From Sphingorhabdus sp. (GTDB lineage: Bacteria > Pseudomonadota > Alphaproteobacteria > Sphingomonadales > Sphingomonadaceae), in the NCBI GenBank assembly GCA_051657985.1, contig JBOFLS010000083.1, forward strand, positions 1,358 to 65,357: DNA of 64,000 nt. The letters are read 5' to 3'. Position 1 is the stretch's first letter, and each line of letters starts with the position of its first letter. The notes under the pieces were generated by a model, which did no database searches, was not told where the DNA came from, and saw nothing but the letters and a program-made list of their open reading frames with translations. A program made the translations under genes and the position numbers. Below, in pieces: positions 1 to 10,055 of the stretch.

Positions 1-97
1 TCCGGCGTGCGCCTCATTCGACCAATTCAGGGATTTCGAGCATCGCGGCGATACTTTCCGCGAAATCGTCGCATCGTTACGCAATAGGGGGGCGTGA
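1..97 (+). CDS. murD: 3' end of UDP-N-acetylmuramoyl-L-alanine--D-glutamate ligase (partial)
   Basis: Manual translation from nt 2 gives [23 protein letters not shown]..., the MurD C-terminal [13 protein letters not shown] motif. The TGA at 95-97 overlaps the ftsW start. Confidence 0.85.
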   Translation, partial: PACASFDQFRDFEHRGDTFREIVASLRNRGA

Positions 98-1317
98 TGT
101 TGGATATATTGAAAGGCAATGGACATAGTCTGCCGCAGGGTTTCGGCGGTAAACGCGATCTTTCGAACCGCCTCGGGAGGGGCGACCGCTCGCCTTTGAG
201 CATCTGGTTCTGGGAACTCGACCGCGTGCTCTTGTCGCTGATCCTGGTATTGATAGCCATCGGCCTGATTGCGGTTGCAGCCGGGTCTCCCGCAACAGCG
301 CGCAGGCTTTCGACCGACACCGCGACATTGAGCCCGCTTTATTTCTTCTACAAACAATTGGCGTGGGTCGCTTTTGGCATCCCAGTCATGTTCATCGTCT
401 CGCTCTATCCGCGCGAACAGGCGAAACGGATCGCCATTGGCGGATTTTGTCTGTTCTTGCTGCTGCTGCTGCTGATCCCGGTTTTGGGAAAGGAAGTGAA
501 CGGATCGCAGCGCTGGTTCGGCTTCGGCCCCGCCAGTTTTCAGCCTTCGGAATTTCTAAAGCCCTGCTATGCGGTGACGATGGCCTGGGTTATCAGCTGG
601 CGACAGCGCGATCCGACCTTGCCTGTGCGCACGATCACCATGGCGGTTACCGCATTGATCTGCGGTGCATTGATGCTGCAACCGGATCTGGGGCAGACGA
701 TCCTCTTTTGCGGCGTATGGTTTGCGCTCATGATGGTTTCAGGTGTGCAGGCCAAGCTGCTTTGGTCGAGCATCGTTGGCGGGATTGTCGGTATCGTTGC
801 CGCCTATAATCTCTACTCGGTCGCGCAACAGCGGATCGACGCCTGGATTTTTGGCACCGATGGCATTACGCATGATAAACTAGCGATGGCGACGCTTACC
901 GGTGGCGGGTTCGTCGGCACCGGCCCCGGCCTGGGCAAACGCAAATTCGCACTGCCTGAGGCGCACACCGATTATATCTTTTCGGTGGTGGGCGAGGAGT
1001 TCGGACTGCTTGCGTGCATGGTTATCGCGTTCCTGTTTTTCGCAATCCTGATCCGCGTGGTCGTTCGCATGCTCGATGAACAGGACCAATTCATTCTGCT
1101 GGCGGTGACGGGTTTAGTTACGCAATTTTGTGGGCAGGCAATGATCAACATTTCGGTCAATCTTGGCATTTCCCCCTCAAAAGGCATGACTTTGCCCTTC
1201 ATCAGCTATGGCGGATCATCGACGCTCGCGCTGTGTCTGTGCTGCGGACTGCTGCTCGCATTGACCCGTCGAAATCCCTTTCTTGACCAGTCCCCCTATA
1301 TCGGGAATGGACGCTGA
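94..1317 (+). CDS. ftsW: Peptidoglycan glycosyltransferase FtsW (SEDS family)
   Basis: Polytopic membrane protein with [30 protein letters not shown] and [10 protein letters not shown] motifs; dcw position. Confidence 0.97.
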   Translation: MMLDILKGNGHSLPQGFGGKRDLSNRLGRGDRSPLSIWFWELDRVLLSLILVLIAIGLIAVAAGSPATARRLSTDTATLSPLYFFYKQLAWVAFGIPVMFIVSLYPREQAKRIAIGGFCLFLLLLLLIPVLGKEVNGSQRWFGFGPASFQPSEFLKPCYAVTMAWVISWRQRDPTLPVRTITMAVTALICGALMLQPDLGQTILFCGVWFALMMVSGVQAKLLWSSIVGGIVGIVAAYNLYSVAQQRIDAWIFGTDGITHDKLAMATLTGGGFVGTGPGLGKRKFALPEAHTDYIFSVVGEEFGLLACMVIAFLFFAILIRVVVRMLDEQDQFILLAVTGLVTQFCGQAMINISVNLGISPSKGMTLPFISYGGSSTLALCLCCGLLLALTRRNPFLDQSPYIGNGR

Positions 1318-1320
1318 AAT

Positions 1321-2505
1321 ATGAGCGTATCGCGTAACTTTGTATTGGCTGCAGGCGGCACTGGTGGGCATATTATTCCAGCTTATGCGCTGGGTGCCGA
1401 ATTGATACGCCGCGGGCATCAGGTCGCCCTTATTACCGACAATCGCGGCTCCGCCATTTCGGGCTGCCCGGAAGGGATGGAAGCGCATATCATGCCTGCT
1501 GGGCGCGTGGCCGGCGGCCCACGCGGCTGGCTGGCGGCAGCGCGCAACATCTGGCGCGGGCGGGCAATGGCAAAAGCGCTGTTCGCCGAACTTGATCCGA
1601 CGGCGGTGGTCGGTTTTGGCGGCTATCCGGCGCTGCCTGCGTTGCTGGCGGCCTTTTCGCATAGCGTACCAACTATCATTCATGAACAGAACGCCGTGCT
1701 CGGCCGCGTCAACCGGCTGGTCGCAGGTAAGGTCAATGCCATTGCCACAGCCTATCCCGACGTGCAGCGGGTGAAGCCCGGCCATTCTGCCAAGGTCCAT
1801 CTGGTCGGCAATCCGGTGCGTGCGGAAGTGATCGATCTGCGGGACGAGCCTTTCCCCCCTTTTATCGAGGACGGCGTGTTCCGGGTGCTTGTTACCGGGG
1901 GAAGCCAGGGCGCGTCGATCCTTTCGGAAGTGGTGCCCGATGCGCTGGCCCGTTTGCCACTGAATTTGCGGCGTCGCCTGCAGGTCACGCAGCAGTGCCG
2001 TGCTGAGGATCTGGAAAAGGTGCGCAAAACCTACGCCGATCATTCGATCCCGGCGCAGCTCGCGACCTATCTGGAAGATTTTCCGGAAAGGCTTGGTTGG
2101 TCGCATCTGGTGATCGGGCGGGCAGGAGCCTCGACCATTGCCGAACTCACTTGTGCGGGGCGCCCGGCAATCCTGATCCCACTGCCAAGCGCGATGGACA
2201 ACCATCAGGCTTTCAATGTGATCGAGATGGTGAAGGCAGGCGGTGCGCGTGCCATCCATCAAACGGCCTTTACGCCGGTCGAACTTGCCAAACAAATTCA
2301 GAAAATCGCGTTGTCCCCTGAGACTATCGAAAACGCAGCGCGTGCTGCGAAAAGCTGTGGGCGGCCCGATGCGGTGCATGATCTGGCCGATCTGATCGAA
2401 TCCTTCGGCCGCGCGCCGTTGATGCAGACATTGACCACCAAGGAAGACAAAGGCCTCAACCTGGGCGGCGCACAACCGGCGATGGCGAAGGAAGCGGCAA
2501 CATGA
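1321..2505 (+). CDS. murG: Lipid II GlcNAc transferase MurG
   Basis: GGTGGH, GFGGY, HEQN, GGSQGA and GRAGASTIAE motifs. Confidence 0.97.
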   Translation: MSVSRNFVLAAGGTGGHIIPAYALGAELIRRGHQVALITDNRGSAISGCPEGMEAHIMPAGRVAGGPRGWLAAARNIWRGRAMAKALFAELDPTAVVGFGGYPALPALLAAFSHSVPTIIHEQNAVLGRVNRLVAGKVNAIATAYPDVQRVKPGHSAKVHLVGNPVRAEVIDLRDEPFPPFIEDGVFRVLVTGGSQGASILSEVVPDALARLPLNLRRRLQVTQQCRAEDLEKVRKTYADHSIPAQLATYLEDFPERLGWSHLVIGRAGASTIAELTCAGRPAILIPLPSAMDNHQAFNVIEMVKAGGARAIHQTAFTPVELAKQIQKIALSPETIENAARAAKSCGRPDAVHDLADLIESFGRAPLMQTLTTKEDKGLNLGGAQPAMAKEAAT

Positions 2506-2684
2506 AGGCCCTTCGACAAGCGTATTATGATCGGGACACAACTCCTATGAGCACCTTTCCCTTTCCGTTCGTGTCGAGCGAAGACGAGACACCGTACAGG
2601 ACTGCGGGGCCTCTCGTCTATGCTCGAGGCGAACGGATCTGGGGGCTTAAGGCAAAACGGAAAAGCTTTAGAGGTGTCCAATGA
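2502..2684 (+). other. 60-codon open frame bridging the murG stop and the murC start, built around a palindromic repeat
   Basis: ATG 2502 overlaps the murG TGA (ATGA). Its own TGA 2682-2684 overlaps the murC ATG 2681 (ATGA). No recognisable protein family; translation is unproven. Confidence 0.3.
2565..2636. repeat. REP-like palindromic element (CCGTTCG...CGAACGG family)
   Basis: Left arm ccgttcgtgtcgagcgaagacgagac (2565-2590) pairs imperfectly with right arm ctctcgtctatgctcgaggcgaacgg (2611-2636). A truncated arm of the related 4103 family, cccttcgacaagc, lies at 2509-2521. Confidence 0.85.
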
Positions 2685-4090
2685 AAGGTGTGGGCACCGA
2701 TATCGGTACGATCCATTTCGTCGGCATTGGCGGCATCGGCATGTCGGGCATTGCCGAGGTGATGCACAATTTGGGTTATTCGGTGCAGGGCAGCGACATT
2801 GCCGAAGGCTATGTGATCGAGGGCCTGCGCAAGCACGGGATCAAAGTGATGATCGGCCATGACGCCACCAATCTGGGCGATGCGGCGGTGGTGGTAACCT
2901 CGACAGCCGTAAAGCGCGGCAACCCGGAAGTCGAGGCGGCGCTCGAAAAACGCGTGCCGTTGGTGCGCCGGGCGGAAATGCTCGCCGAGCTGATGCGGTT
3001 GAAATACACCGTTGCAGTTGCGGGCACGCATGGCAAGACCACCACGACGTCCCTGATTGCGGCAATGTTAGATGCGGGCGGGCTCGATCCCACGGTGATT
3101 AACGGTGGCATCATCAACAGTTATGGTTCGAACGCGCGGCTGGGCGACAGCGACTGGATGGTGGTTGAGGCCGACGAAAGCGATGGTAGTTTCCTTCGGC
3201 TGGACGGCACCATTGCGGTGGTTACCAATATCGATCCCGAACATCTCGATCATTATGGCGACTTCGATACCGCCAAGGCCGCCTATATCGAGTTTATCGA
3301 GAATGTGCCTTTCTATGGCGTGGCGATCCTGTGCCTCGATCATCCCGAAGTGCAGGCGATCATCCCGCGCATCCGCGATCGGCGGATACTGACCTATGGC
3401 TTTTCGGCCCAGGCCGATGTGCGTGCGGATAATGTGCGGCCCGAACTGGGCGGCAACACCTTTGACGTCGTCATTCGCGCGCGCGACGGTAGCAAGCGCG
3501 AGATCACGGACGTGTTCCTGCCCATGTCGGGCAAGCATAATGTGCAGAACGCGCTGGCCGCCATTGCCGTGGGGCTGGAACGCGGCATGACCGACGAACA
3601 GGTGCAGGCGGGCTTCGCCAAATTCGGCGGGGTCAAACGGCGTTTCACCAAGGTGGGCGAGGTCGATGGCGTGACCATCATCGACGATTATGGCCATCAC
3701 CCGGTTGAGATTCGCGCTGTGCTCTCGGCGGCGCGCGAGGGTGCCAAGGGCCGGGTGATCGCGGTTTGCCAGCCACACCGTTATTCGCGGCTCGGCAATC
3801 TGATGGACGACTTCGCGACCGCCTTCAACGATGCCGATGTCGTTTATATCAGCCCGGTCTATGCAGCGGGTGAAGCTCCGATTGAGGGTGTGTCTAGCGC
3901 CGAACTGGTTGGCAAGATCAAGCGGCGCGGTCACCATAGCGCGCAGGAAATCCAAAGTGCCGAGGCGCTGGCGAAGGAACTGGCAACGACGACGCGCGAA
4001 GGCGATCTTGTGGTCTGCTTGGGCGCGGGCGACATTACCAAATGGGCGGCCGGGTTGGCTGAGGCAATTAAAAGGGCAAAGCTTTCATGA
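2681..4090 (+). CDS. murC: UDP-N-acetylmuramate--L-alanine ligase
   Basis: [26 protein letters not shown] and DDYGHHP motifs. Confidence 0.97.
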   Translation: MKGVGTDIGTIHFVGIGGIGMSGIAEVMHNLGYSVQGSDIAEGYVIEGLRKHGIKVMIGHDATNLGDAAVVVTSTAVKRGNPEVEAALEKRVPLVRRAEMLAELMRLKYTVAVAGTHGKTTTTSLIAAMLDAGGLDPTVINGGIINSYGSNARLGDSDWMVVEADESDGSFLRLDGTIAVVTNIDPEHLDHYGDFDTAKAAYIEFIENVPFYGVAILCLDHPEVQAIIPRIRDRRILTYGFSAQADVRADNVRPELGGNTFDVVIRARDGSKREITDVFLPMSGKHNVQNALAAIAVGLERGMTDEQVQAGFAKFGGVKRRFTKVGEVDGVTIIDDYGHHPVEIRAVLSAAREGAKGRVIAVCQPHRYSRLGNLMDDFATAFNDADVVYISPVYAAGEAPIEGVSSAELVGKIKRRGHHSAQEIQSAEALAKELATTTREGDLVVCLGAGDITKWAAGLAEAIKRAKLS

Positions 4091-5070
4091 CTTTTCCTTC
4101 ATCCGTTCGCCCTGAGCCTGTCGAAGGATTGTCTTGCTCTGTGTTGCAGAAAGAAGAACAGGGCTTCGACAAGCTCAGCCCGAACGGAATAAAAGAGATA
4201 AGAGGTAAACTGACGCCCGAGGCACCACTGGCCCCACTTGTATGGTTTAAATCAGGCGGCAGCGCTGAATGGCTGTTCGAGCCAAAGGATGTCGCCGATT
4301 TGCAGGCTTTCCTGCGCAATATCGATCCTGCGGTGCCTGTTATGGCGCTGGGGCTGGGATCGAACCTGATCGTCCGCGATGGTGGCGTTCCGGGCGTGGT
4401 CGTACGGCTGGGCAAGGCTTTTGCAAAGGTTGACAAAGTTGACACCAATATCCTCAACTGCGGGGGTGGGGCTTCCGGCATCCTTGTCTCCTCGACCGCG
4501 CGGGATGCGGGGATTGCAGGTATGGAATTCCTCCGCTCAATTCCCGGCACCGTAGGCGGTTTCGTTCGCATGAATGGCGGAGCCTATGGCGGCGAGGTAA
4601 AGGACATATTGGTCGATTGCGACGTAGTGATGCGCAATGGCGATTTGGTAAAGCTGTCAGTCGCCGACTTACACTACAGCTACCGTCACTCGGAACTGCC
4701 CGATGGCGCAATCGTCGTCGCGGCCCGTTTCCAAGGCCAACCCGGTGAACCCGAAGCCATACAAGCCGAAATGGACCGCATCTCCGCCAGCCGCGAGGCC
4801 TCGCAGCCGCTGCGTTCGAAAACCGGTGGCTCGACCTTCAAGAACCCCGATGGCCAGAAGGCTTGGGCATTGGTTGACGAAGCTGGATGCCGCGGGCTGC
4901 AAATCGGCGGCGCGCAGGTTTCGGAAAAGCACACCAACTTCCTGATCAACACCGGCAATGCCACCAGCGCCGAGATCGAGGAACTGGGCGAAGAAATCCG
5001 CCGCCGTGTGAAGGCGAAGTCGGGCGTCGAACTGCAATGGGAAATCCAGCGGGTGGGGGTTGCAAAGTGA
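4087..5070 (+). CDS. murB: UDP-N-acetylenolpyruvoylglucosamine reductase with a repeat-derived N-terminal insertion
   Basis: [27 protein letters not shown] and VSEKHTNF motifs. The ATG overlaps the murC stop; no other ATG precedes the conserved [12 protein letters not shown]. Confidence 0.95.
   Translation: MTFPSSVRPEPVEGLSCSVLQKEEQGFDKLSPNGIKEIRGKLTPEAPLAPLVWFKSGGSAEWLFEPKDVADLQAFLRNIDPAVPVMALGLGSNLIVRDGGVPGVVVRLGKAFAKVDKVDTNILNCGGGASGILVSSTARDAGIAGMEFLRSIPGTVGGFVRMNGGAYGGEVKDILVDCDVVMRNGDLVKLSVADLHYSYRHSELPDGAIVVAARFQGQPGEPEAIQAEMDRISASREASQPLRSKTGGSTFKNPDGQKAWALVDEAGCRGLQIGGAQVSEKHTNFLINTGNATSAEIEELGEEIRRRVKAKSGVELQWEIQRVGVAK
4103..4187. repeat. REP-like palindromic element inside the murB 5' coding region
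   Basis: ccgttcgccctgagcctgtcgaagg (4103-4127) pairs with gcttcgacaagctcagcccgaacgg (4163-4187). It encodes VRPEPVEG...GFDKLSPNG in frame. Confidence 0.88.
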
Positions 5071-5228
5071 AGTTTCCAATATACCAGCACCGTCACCCTG
5101 AACTTGTTTCACCTTGCGGTGACTTCGTTCCAGGGTCCATTCTGCCTCTCTACCCTTCGGCCTGCGTGGCGCGATGGACCCTGAAACAAGTTCAGGGCGA
5201 CGAGTCTTGGTTGGAGTGCGCACCGTGA
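5067..5228 (+). other. 53-codon open frame bridging the murB stop and the ddl start
   Basis: GTG 5067 overlaps the murB TGA (GTGA). Its TGA 5226-5228 overlaps the ddl GTG 5225 (GTGA). It reads through the 5091-5202 repeat; translation is unproven. Confidence 0.25.
5091..5202. repeat. CGTC-tagged palindromic repeat
   Basis: cgtcaccctgaacttgtttca[ccttgcggtgacttcgttc]cagggtccat pairs with atggaccctgaaacaagttcagggcgacg (5174-5202). The left arm is interrupted by a short insert carrying its own tcacc/ggtga hairpin. Confidence 0.88.
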
Positions 5229-6148
5229 CCAAACCTATCCACGTCGCAGTCCTTATGGGTGGTTGGTCGAACGAGCGTCCTGTCTCACTGATGAGCGGTA
5301 ATGGCGTGGCCGATGCGCTTGAGCGCGTCGGCTATAAGGTCAGCCGGGTCGATATGGACCGCAATGTGGCAGTCTCGCTGGCCGAGCTGAAACCCGATGT
5401 CGTCTTCAACGCGCTCCATGGCGTACCCGGTGAGGATGGCAGCGTGCAGGGTATGCTCGACCTGATGGGGATCAAATATACCCATAGCGGCATGGTCACC
5501 TCGGTGATCGCGATCGACAAGGAACTGACCAAGCAAAGGCTGGTGCCCGCCGGTATCCCAATGCCCAAGGGGACGATGGTTCAGAGCGAAAGCCTGTATG
5601 CGGGCGATCCGCTGCCGCGGCCCTATGTGTTGAAACCGGTCAACGAGGGCAGCTCGGTCGGTGTCGCCATCGTCAAGGCCGACAGCAATTATGGCGATCC
5701 GATTTCCCGTAACGCCAAGGGGCCGTGGCAGGAATTTGACGAACTGCTCGCCGAACCCTTCATCAAGGGCCGCGAGCTGACTGTTGCCGTGCTTGGCGGG
5801 CAGGCGCTATGCGTGACCGAACTCAAGCCCAAAAGCGGCTTTTATGATTTCGATGCCAAATATACCGACGGCCTGACCGATCATATCTGCCCTGCCGAAA
5901 TCCCCAAGGATATCGAAGACTATATGATGGAGCTGGCGCTGAAGGCGCACCGGCTGCTCGGCTGCAAGGGTGCATCGCGCACCGATTTTCGCTGGGACGA
6001 CGAACTGGGCCGCGACGGCGTATTCGTGCTCGAAACCAACACCCAGCCGGGCATGACTCCCTTGAGCCTTGTACCCGAACAGGCCAAGAAGATGGGGATC
6101 AGCTATGAACAGCTGGTCGACATTCTGGTGAAGGAGGCGCTGGCATGA
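5225..6148 (+). CDS. ddl: D-alanine--D-alanine ligase
   Basis: LMGGWSNERPVSL, ALHGVPGEDG, KPVNEGSSVG, YDFDAKY and ETNTQPG motifs. Start placed at GTG 5225 (GGAG at 5213-5216); the upstream ATG 5174 lies inside the repeat. Confidence 0.95.
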   Translation: MTKPIHVAVLMGGWSNERPVSLMSGNGVADALERVGYKVSRVDMDRNVAVSLAELKPDVVFNALHGVPGEDGSVQGMLDLMGIKYTHSGMVTSVIAIDKELTKQRLVPAGIPMPKGTMVQSESLYAGDPLPRPYVLKPVNEGSSVGVAIVKADSNYGDPISRNAKGPWQEFDELLAEPFIKGRELTVAVLGGQALCVTELKPKSGFYDFDAKYTDGLTDHICPAEIPKDIEDYMMELALKAHRLLGCKGASRTDFRWDDELGRDGVFVLETNTQPGMTPLSLVPEQAKKMGISYEQLVDILVKEALA

Positions 6149-7065
6149 AGGCGGCGACCGGGCGCAAGACCACGGCCAAGGCCCGCAAGGCGACACCGCG
6201 TAAAAAAGTGCGGCAGACGGGACTGATCGACCGGTTGCTACGCATATTGCCGTTTACCGAACAGGATATCCAGCGCGTGCTGACCTGGGGTGTGCTGGCC
6301 GTATTGTTGCTGGTCGCGCTGATCATCGCCAACTGGTTCGGTGTTCCGCAGGCGGCCTATCAGCAATATGCGCAAGTTGCGGCGAGGGCCGGGTTTGAGG
6401 TCAAGCGGGTCGAGATCACCGGCATGGATCGGGTAGATCAGCTGAAAGTATATGATATCGTGCTCGCCGAAAAGGATCGGGCGATGCCGCTGGTCGATAT
6501 CGACAAGATCCGTGCCGACCTGATCCGCTATGGCTGGATCAAGGATGTCCGCGTCACGCGCCGTCTGCCCGATACGCTCGTCGTCGACATCACCGAGCGA
6601 AAGCCGACCGCCGTATGGCAGCGCGGCGGGGTCTATTCGCTGATCGACGATCAGGGCACCGAGCTTGAAAAAGTGACGCAAGGCGCAATCGGCAATCTGC
6701 CGGTGATCAACGGCGAAGGGGCCGACCGTCAGGTCGTGGCGCTCGCCGAACTGCTCGATAGTGCGCAATCGCTGAAGGATCAGGTCGCTGGCGCAAGCTG
6801 GGTGGGCAACCGCCGCTGGGATTTGCGCTTCAAGACCGGCGAGACGCTGGCTCTGCCCGAAGGCGAAAAGCTGGCAGCGCAGGCGCTGGTCAATTTCACG
6901 CGGATGGACGGCGTGCACCGGTTGCTGGGACGCGATATGATCCATTTCGACCTGCGCGATCCGGAACGCATTTACATGCGCAAGGCAGCCAAGGACAAGC
7001 CTGTCGAGATCAAGGCCGCGGACAAGCCCTCGGCAAAGGCCGAAAAGGACGGAGAGTCGGCCTGA
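6145..7065 (+). CDS. ftsQ: Cell division protein FtsQ
   Basis: Basic cytoplasmic N-terminus, one TM helix, POTRA region (V.RRLPDTL.V.I.ER.P), RRWDL and DLRDP; between ddl and ftsA. Confidence 0.93.
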   Translation: MKAATGRKTTAKARKATPRKKVRQTGLIDRLLRILPFTEQDIQRVLTWGVLAVLLLVALIIANWFGVPQAAYQQYAQVAARAGFEVKRVEITGMDRVDQLKVYDIVLAEKDRAMPLVDIDKIRADLIRYGWIKDVRVTRRLPDTLVVDITERKPTAVWQRGGVYSLIDDQGTELEKVTQGAIGNLPVINGEGADRQVVALAELLDSAQSLKDQVAGASWVGNRRWDLRFKTGETLALPEGEKLAAQALVNFTRMDGVHRLLGRDMIHFDLRDPERIYMRKAAKDKPVEIKAADKPSAKAEKDGESA

Positions 7066-8321
7066 TGGCGGTGCGCTACGACAAGATCATCTCCACGCTC
7101 GATATCGGATCGTCGAAGGTTTCGGCACTGATCGCCGGTGTCGATGAGGGCGGTGCGATCCATGTGCTGGGTACCGGCCAGCGCGAAAGCAAGGGCGTGG
7201 TTCGTGGCTGCATTTCCGATATGCAGCTCGCCGAATTGTCCGTACGCCATGCTGTCGAGCAGGCGGAACGGATCGCCGGGATCAATATCGACCGCGTATG
7301 GCTCGGCATGTCGGCCGGTGGTCTCGACAGCCTGCTTTCTCCGGTCGAGATTGATCTGGGCGGCGACAAGGTCGAGCAGGCCGATGTCGACGATCTGCTG
7401 ATGGCCGGGCGCGCCAATATCGACACCCGCGGAAAGGTCGTGCTGCATGTTGCACCGACGCTTTATGCGCTCGATGGCAACGCCGGCGTCGTCAATCCGC
7501 TAGGCCTATATGCCGATCGTCTGGGCGTGGAAATCCATGCAGTTCTTGCCGATCCCGCACCGGTGCGCAACCTGGATATGACCGCGCGGGCTTCGCATCT
7601 GGGCGTAGACGCCATTGTTGCCTCTCCCGTGGCCGCGGGGTTGGCCTGTCTCAGTGTCGAAGAACGCGAGCTGGGTGTTGCTCTTGTCGAAATGGGTGCA
7701 GCGGTTACCAATATTTCCGTTTTCATTGGCGGAATGTTGGCAGGACTCGTTACATTGAACCAGGGCGGAGCCGATATTACGGATGAAATAGCTTCGGTCT
7801 TTGGCCTGCGTCGCGCAGAAGCCGAACGGTTGAAATGCTTTCACGGCTCGGCCATAGCATCGCCGCGCGATCATCAGGAAAGCCTCGATGCGACCGCGCC
7901 TGGCGAAACTCCGCAGGCTGAACGCCCCAAAATCACACGCGCGCAGTTGAATGCGATCATCGCTCAGCGGATCGATGCGCTGGTGAGCGACATCGGACGT
8001 GCGCTCAAGGAAATGGGCTTTTCCAACCCCGGCAAGCATCATGTCGTGCTGACAGGCGGTGGAGCGGAGTTGAAGGGGCTGGCCGATCATATGCAGGCGG
8101 CACTTGGCAGGATAGTACGGATCGGACGGCCTACCGAGCTTCCGGGCCTTCCCGACGCGCATTCGGGCCCTGCGTTTTCAACAATGGCCGGTCTGGCTTT
8201 GCATGCTTTTTCAAACCCTTCCGATCTTCGTTTAGGGCTGCAAGGTTCTGATAGCGCACTAAATTCCGCAAATTCAAGCGTGATCTCGCGTATCGTGCAG
8301 GCCATTCGTGAAAACTTTTGA
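7065..8321 (+). CDS. ftsA: Cell division protein FtsA
   Basis: LDIGSSKV, AERLKCFHG and VLTGGGAEL.G motifs; C-terminal amphipathic helix ending ENF. Confidence 0.96.
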   Translation: MAVRYDKIISTLDIGSSKVSALIAGVDEGGAIHVLGTGQRESKGVVRGCISDMQLAELSVRHAVEQAERIAGINIDRVWLGMSAGGLDSLLSPVEIDLGGDKVEQADVDDLLMAGRANIDTRGKVVLHVAPTLYALDGNAGVVNPLGLYADRLGVEIHAVLADPAPVRNLDMTARASHLGVDAIVASPVAAGLACLSVEERELGVALVEMGAAVTNISVFIGGMLAGLVTLNQGGADITDEIASVFGLRRAEAERLKCFHGSAIASPRDHQESLDATAPGETPQAERPKITRAQLNAIIAQRIDALVSDIGRALKEMGFSNPGKHHVVLTGGGAELKGLADHMQAALGRIVRIGRPTELPGLPDAHSGPAFSTMAGLALHAFSNPSDLRLGLQGSDSALNSANSSVISRIVQAIRENF

Positions 8322-8459
8322 TCGCAGCGGCGAACCGCTTTGCGGCCTGTGGGAAACTTTTGCGTGTTTTACGTTGAAAACTGTGCCAGAAGGCTTGGTT
8401 AATAGGGGCTTTTGCAACCAATTATTATTTTTTCAGTCCGGTCAGGGGAGTGAACAAGA

Positions 8460-9959
8460 ATGAGCATCAACATCGGTCCGCCAATCGTCGATGAACTGAA
8501 ACCCAAAATTGCGGTCATCGGTGTCGGCGGGGCAGGGGGCAATGCGATTGCCAACATGATCGGCGCAAGGGTGGAAGGCGTCGATTTCGTTGTCGCCAAC
8601 ACCGACGCGCAGGCATTGAACGCTTCGCCTGCCGAATACCGTATTCAGCTTGGGCCCGATATCACGCAAGGCCTGGGCGCAGGTTCACGTCCCGAGGTCG
8701 GACGTGCGGCGGCTGAGGAAACGCTGGAGCAGGTCAAGAGCGCACTGCAAGGTGCGCATATGTGCTTTATCGCAGCCGGCATGGGCGGCGGCACTGGTAC
8801 GGGTGCGGCTCCAGTTATCGCGCGTGCGGCGCGGGAAATGAATATTCTGACCGTTGGCGTCGTGACCAAGCCCTTCCTGTTCGAAGGATCGCGCCGCATG
8901 CGTTCGGCGGAAACCGGGATTGCCGAACTGCAACAGCATGTCGATACGCTGATCGTCATTCCGAACCAGAACCTGTTCCTGGTCGCCAACCCGAACACCA
9001 CCTTCAAGGAAGCCTTCTCGCTTGCCGACGAGGTGCTGCAGCAAGGCGTGCGCGGGATTACCGACCTGATGGTCATGCCCGGCCTTATCAACCTCGACTT
9101 TGCCGACGTACGTTCGGTGATGCACGAAATGGGCAAGGCTATGATGGGCACCGGTGAAGCCGAAGGCGACGGTCGTGCGCTTGAAGCGGCGGAGAAGGCG
9201 ATCGCCAATCCGCTGCTTGACGGCGTATCGATGCAGGGTGCCAAGGGTGTTATCATCTCGATCACCGGCGGCGACGATATGCGCCTGATGGAGGTCGACG
9301 AGGCCGCCAACCATATCCGTGATCTAGTCGACCCCGATGCGAACATCATCTGGGGTTCGGCGTTCAACGAAAATCTGAACGGCAAGATCCGCGTTTCGGT
9401 GGTCGCAACGGGTATCGATCAGGATGGATCGGCTGCAGCCGCGCCTGCACCGGCACGCGCTTACAGTTTCGACAGTCGTCCTGCAGCACCGATCGGCGGG
9501 TTCGCGGCAGCAGCAGCGGCAGCACCTGCGGTCGCCGAGCCCGAACCATTGGAAGAGGCCGAACCCCTGGATCTTTCCGCATCGGAAATCGAACAAGAGC
9601 CTGTATCGGTCAATATGCTCGACAGTGCCGATCACCCCGATTATGAACAGGCTGCCGGTGAGGATGACAATATTCTCGACCTTGGCGAAGCTGCCAGCCA
9701 CGAATCCGAATTCGAACTTGGTGCAGCCCATGTTACCCGTGATGAAAGCGAAGCGGATAGCGAGTATGGATCGAACCATAGTGAGGCCGGTGTCGATCCG
9801 CTTCCCCCGCCGCCGCGTATCGCAAGCGGTGGAGGCACACTTTTTGAACGTATGTCCAACCTTTCGCGTGGTTTGACCCGCGGCAATGACGAGTCGGAGG
9901 AAGAAAATGACGGGAACGTAAATATTCCGCGTTTTCTCGATCGTCAAAGTAACAACTGA
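8460..9959 (+). CDS. ftsZ: Cell division protein FtsZ
   Basis: [18 protein letters not shown] and NLDFAD motifs, long acidic linker, C-terminal IPRFL peptide. Confidence 0.98.
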   Translation: MSINIGPPIVDELKPKIAVIGVGGAGGNAIANMIGARVEGVDFVVANTDAQALNASPAEYRIQLGPDITQGLGAGSRPEVGRAAAEETLEQVKSALQGAHMCFIAAGMGGGTGTGAAPVIARAAREMNILTVGVVTKPFLFEGSRRMRSAETGIAELQQHVDTLIVIPNQNLFLVANPNTTFKEAFSLADEVLQQGVRGITDLMVMPGLINLDFADVRSVMHEMGKAMMGTGEAEGDGRALEAAEKAIANPLLDGVSMQGAKGVIISITGGDDMRLMEVDEAANHIRDLVDPDANIIWGSAFNENLNGKIRVSVVATGIDQDGSAAAAPAPARAYSFDSRPAAPIGGFAAAAAAAPAVAEPEPLEEAEPLDLSASEIEQEPVSVNMLDSADHPDYEQAAGEDDNILDLGEAASHESEFELGAAHVTRDESEADSEYGSNHSEAGVDPLPPPPRIASGGGTLFERMSNLSRGLTRGNDESEEENDGNVNIPRFLDRQSNN

Positions 9960-9967
9960 TATGTTCT

Positions 9968-9995
9968 GGTCGGCGCGCCCAATGGTGCGTCGACC
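9968..9995 (+). terminator. GC-rich hairpin just after ftsZ (3' stabiliser or weak terminator)
   Basis: ggtcggcgcgcc-caat-ggtgcgtcgacc forms a 12-bp stem with two G-U pairs. There is no U-tract. Confidence 0.4.
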
Positions 9996-10055
9996 GCATT
10001 GAAACCAGCGCCGTTCAGATTATGTTATATTGATGCACGGCAGAATAATGGGCCC

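Noticed and set aside
5174-5224. ORF-track start of ddl at ATG 5174
   Set aside because: The ATG lies within the right arm of a palindromic repeat. GTG 5225 has an RBS and gives a normal Ddl N-terminus.
8398-8412. Possible CtrA site upstream of ftsZ (TTAA-N7-TTTT)
   Set aside because: Only one good half-site, so it cannot be distinguished from chance in an A/T-rich promoter.
1216-9947. Long antisense and alternate-frame ORFs over the dcw genes (for example 1216-2541, 3068-3955, 6238-6945), and similar ones across the window
   Set aside because: They are shadows of high-GC coding genes, with no motifs, RBS or operon logic.
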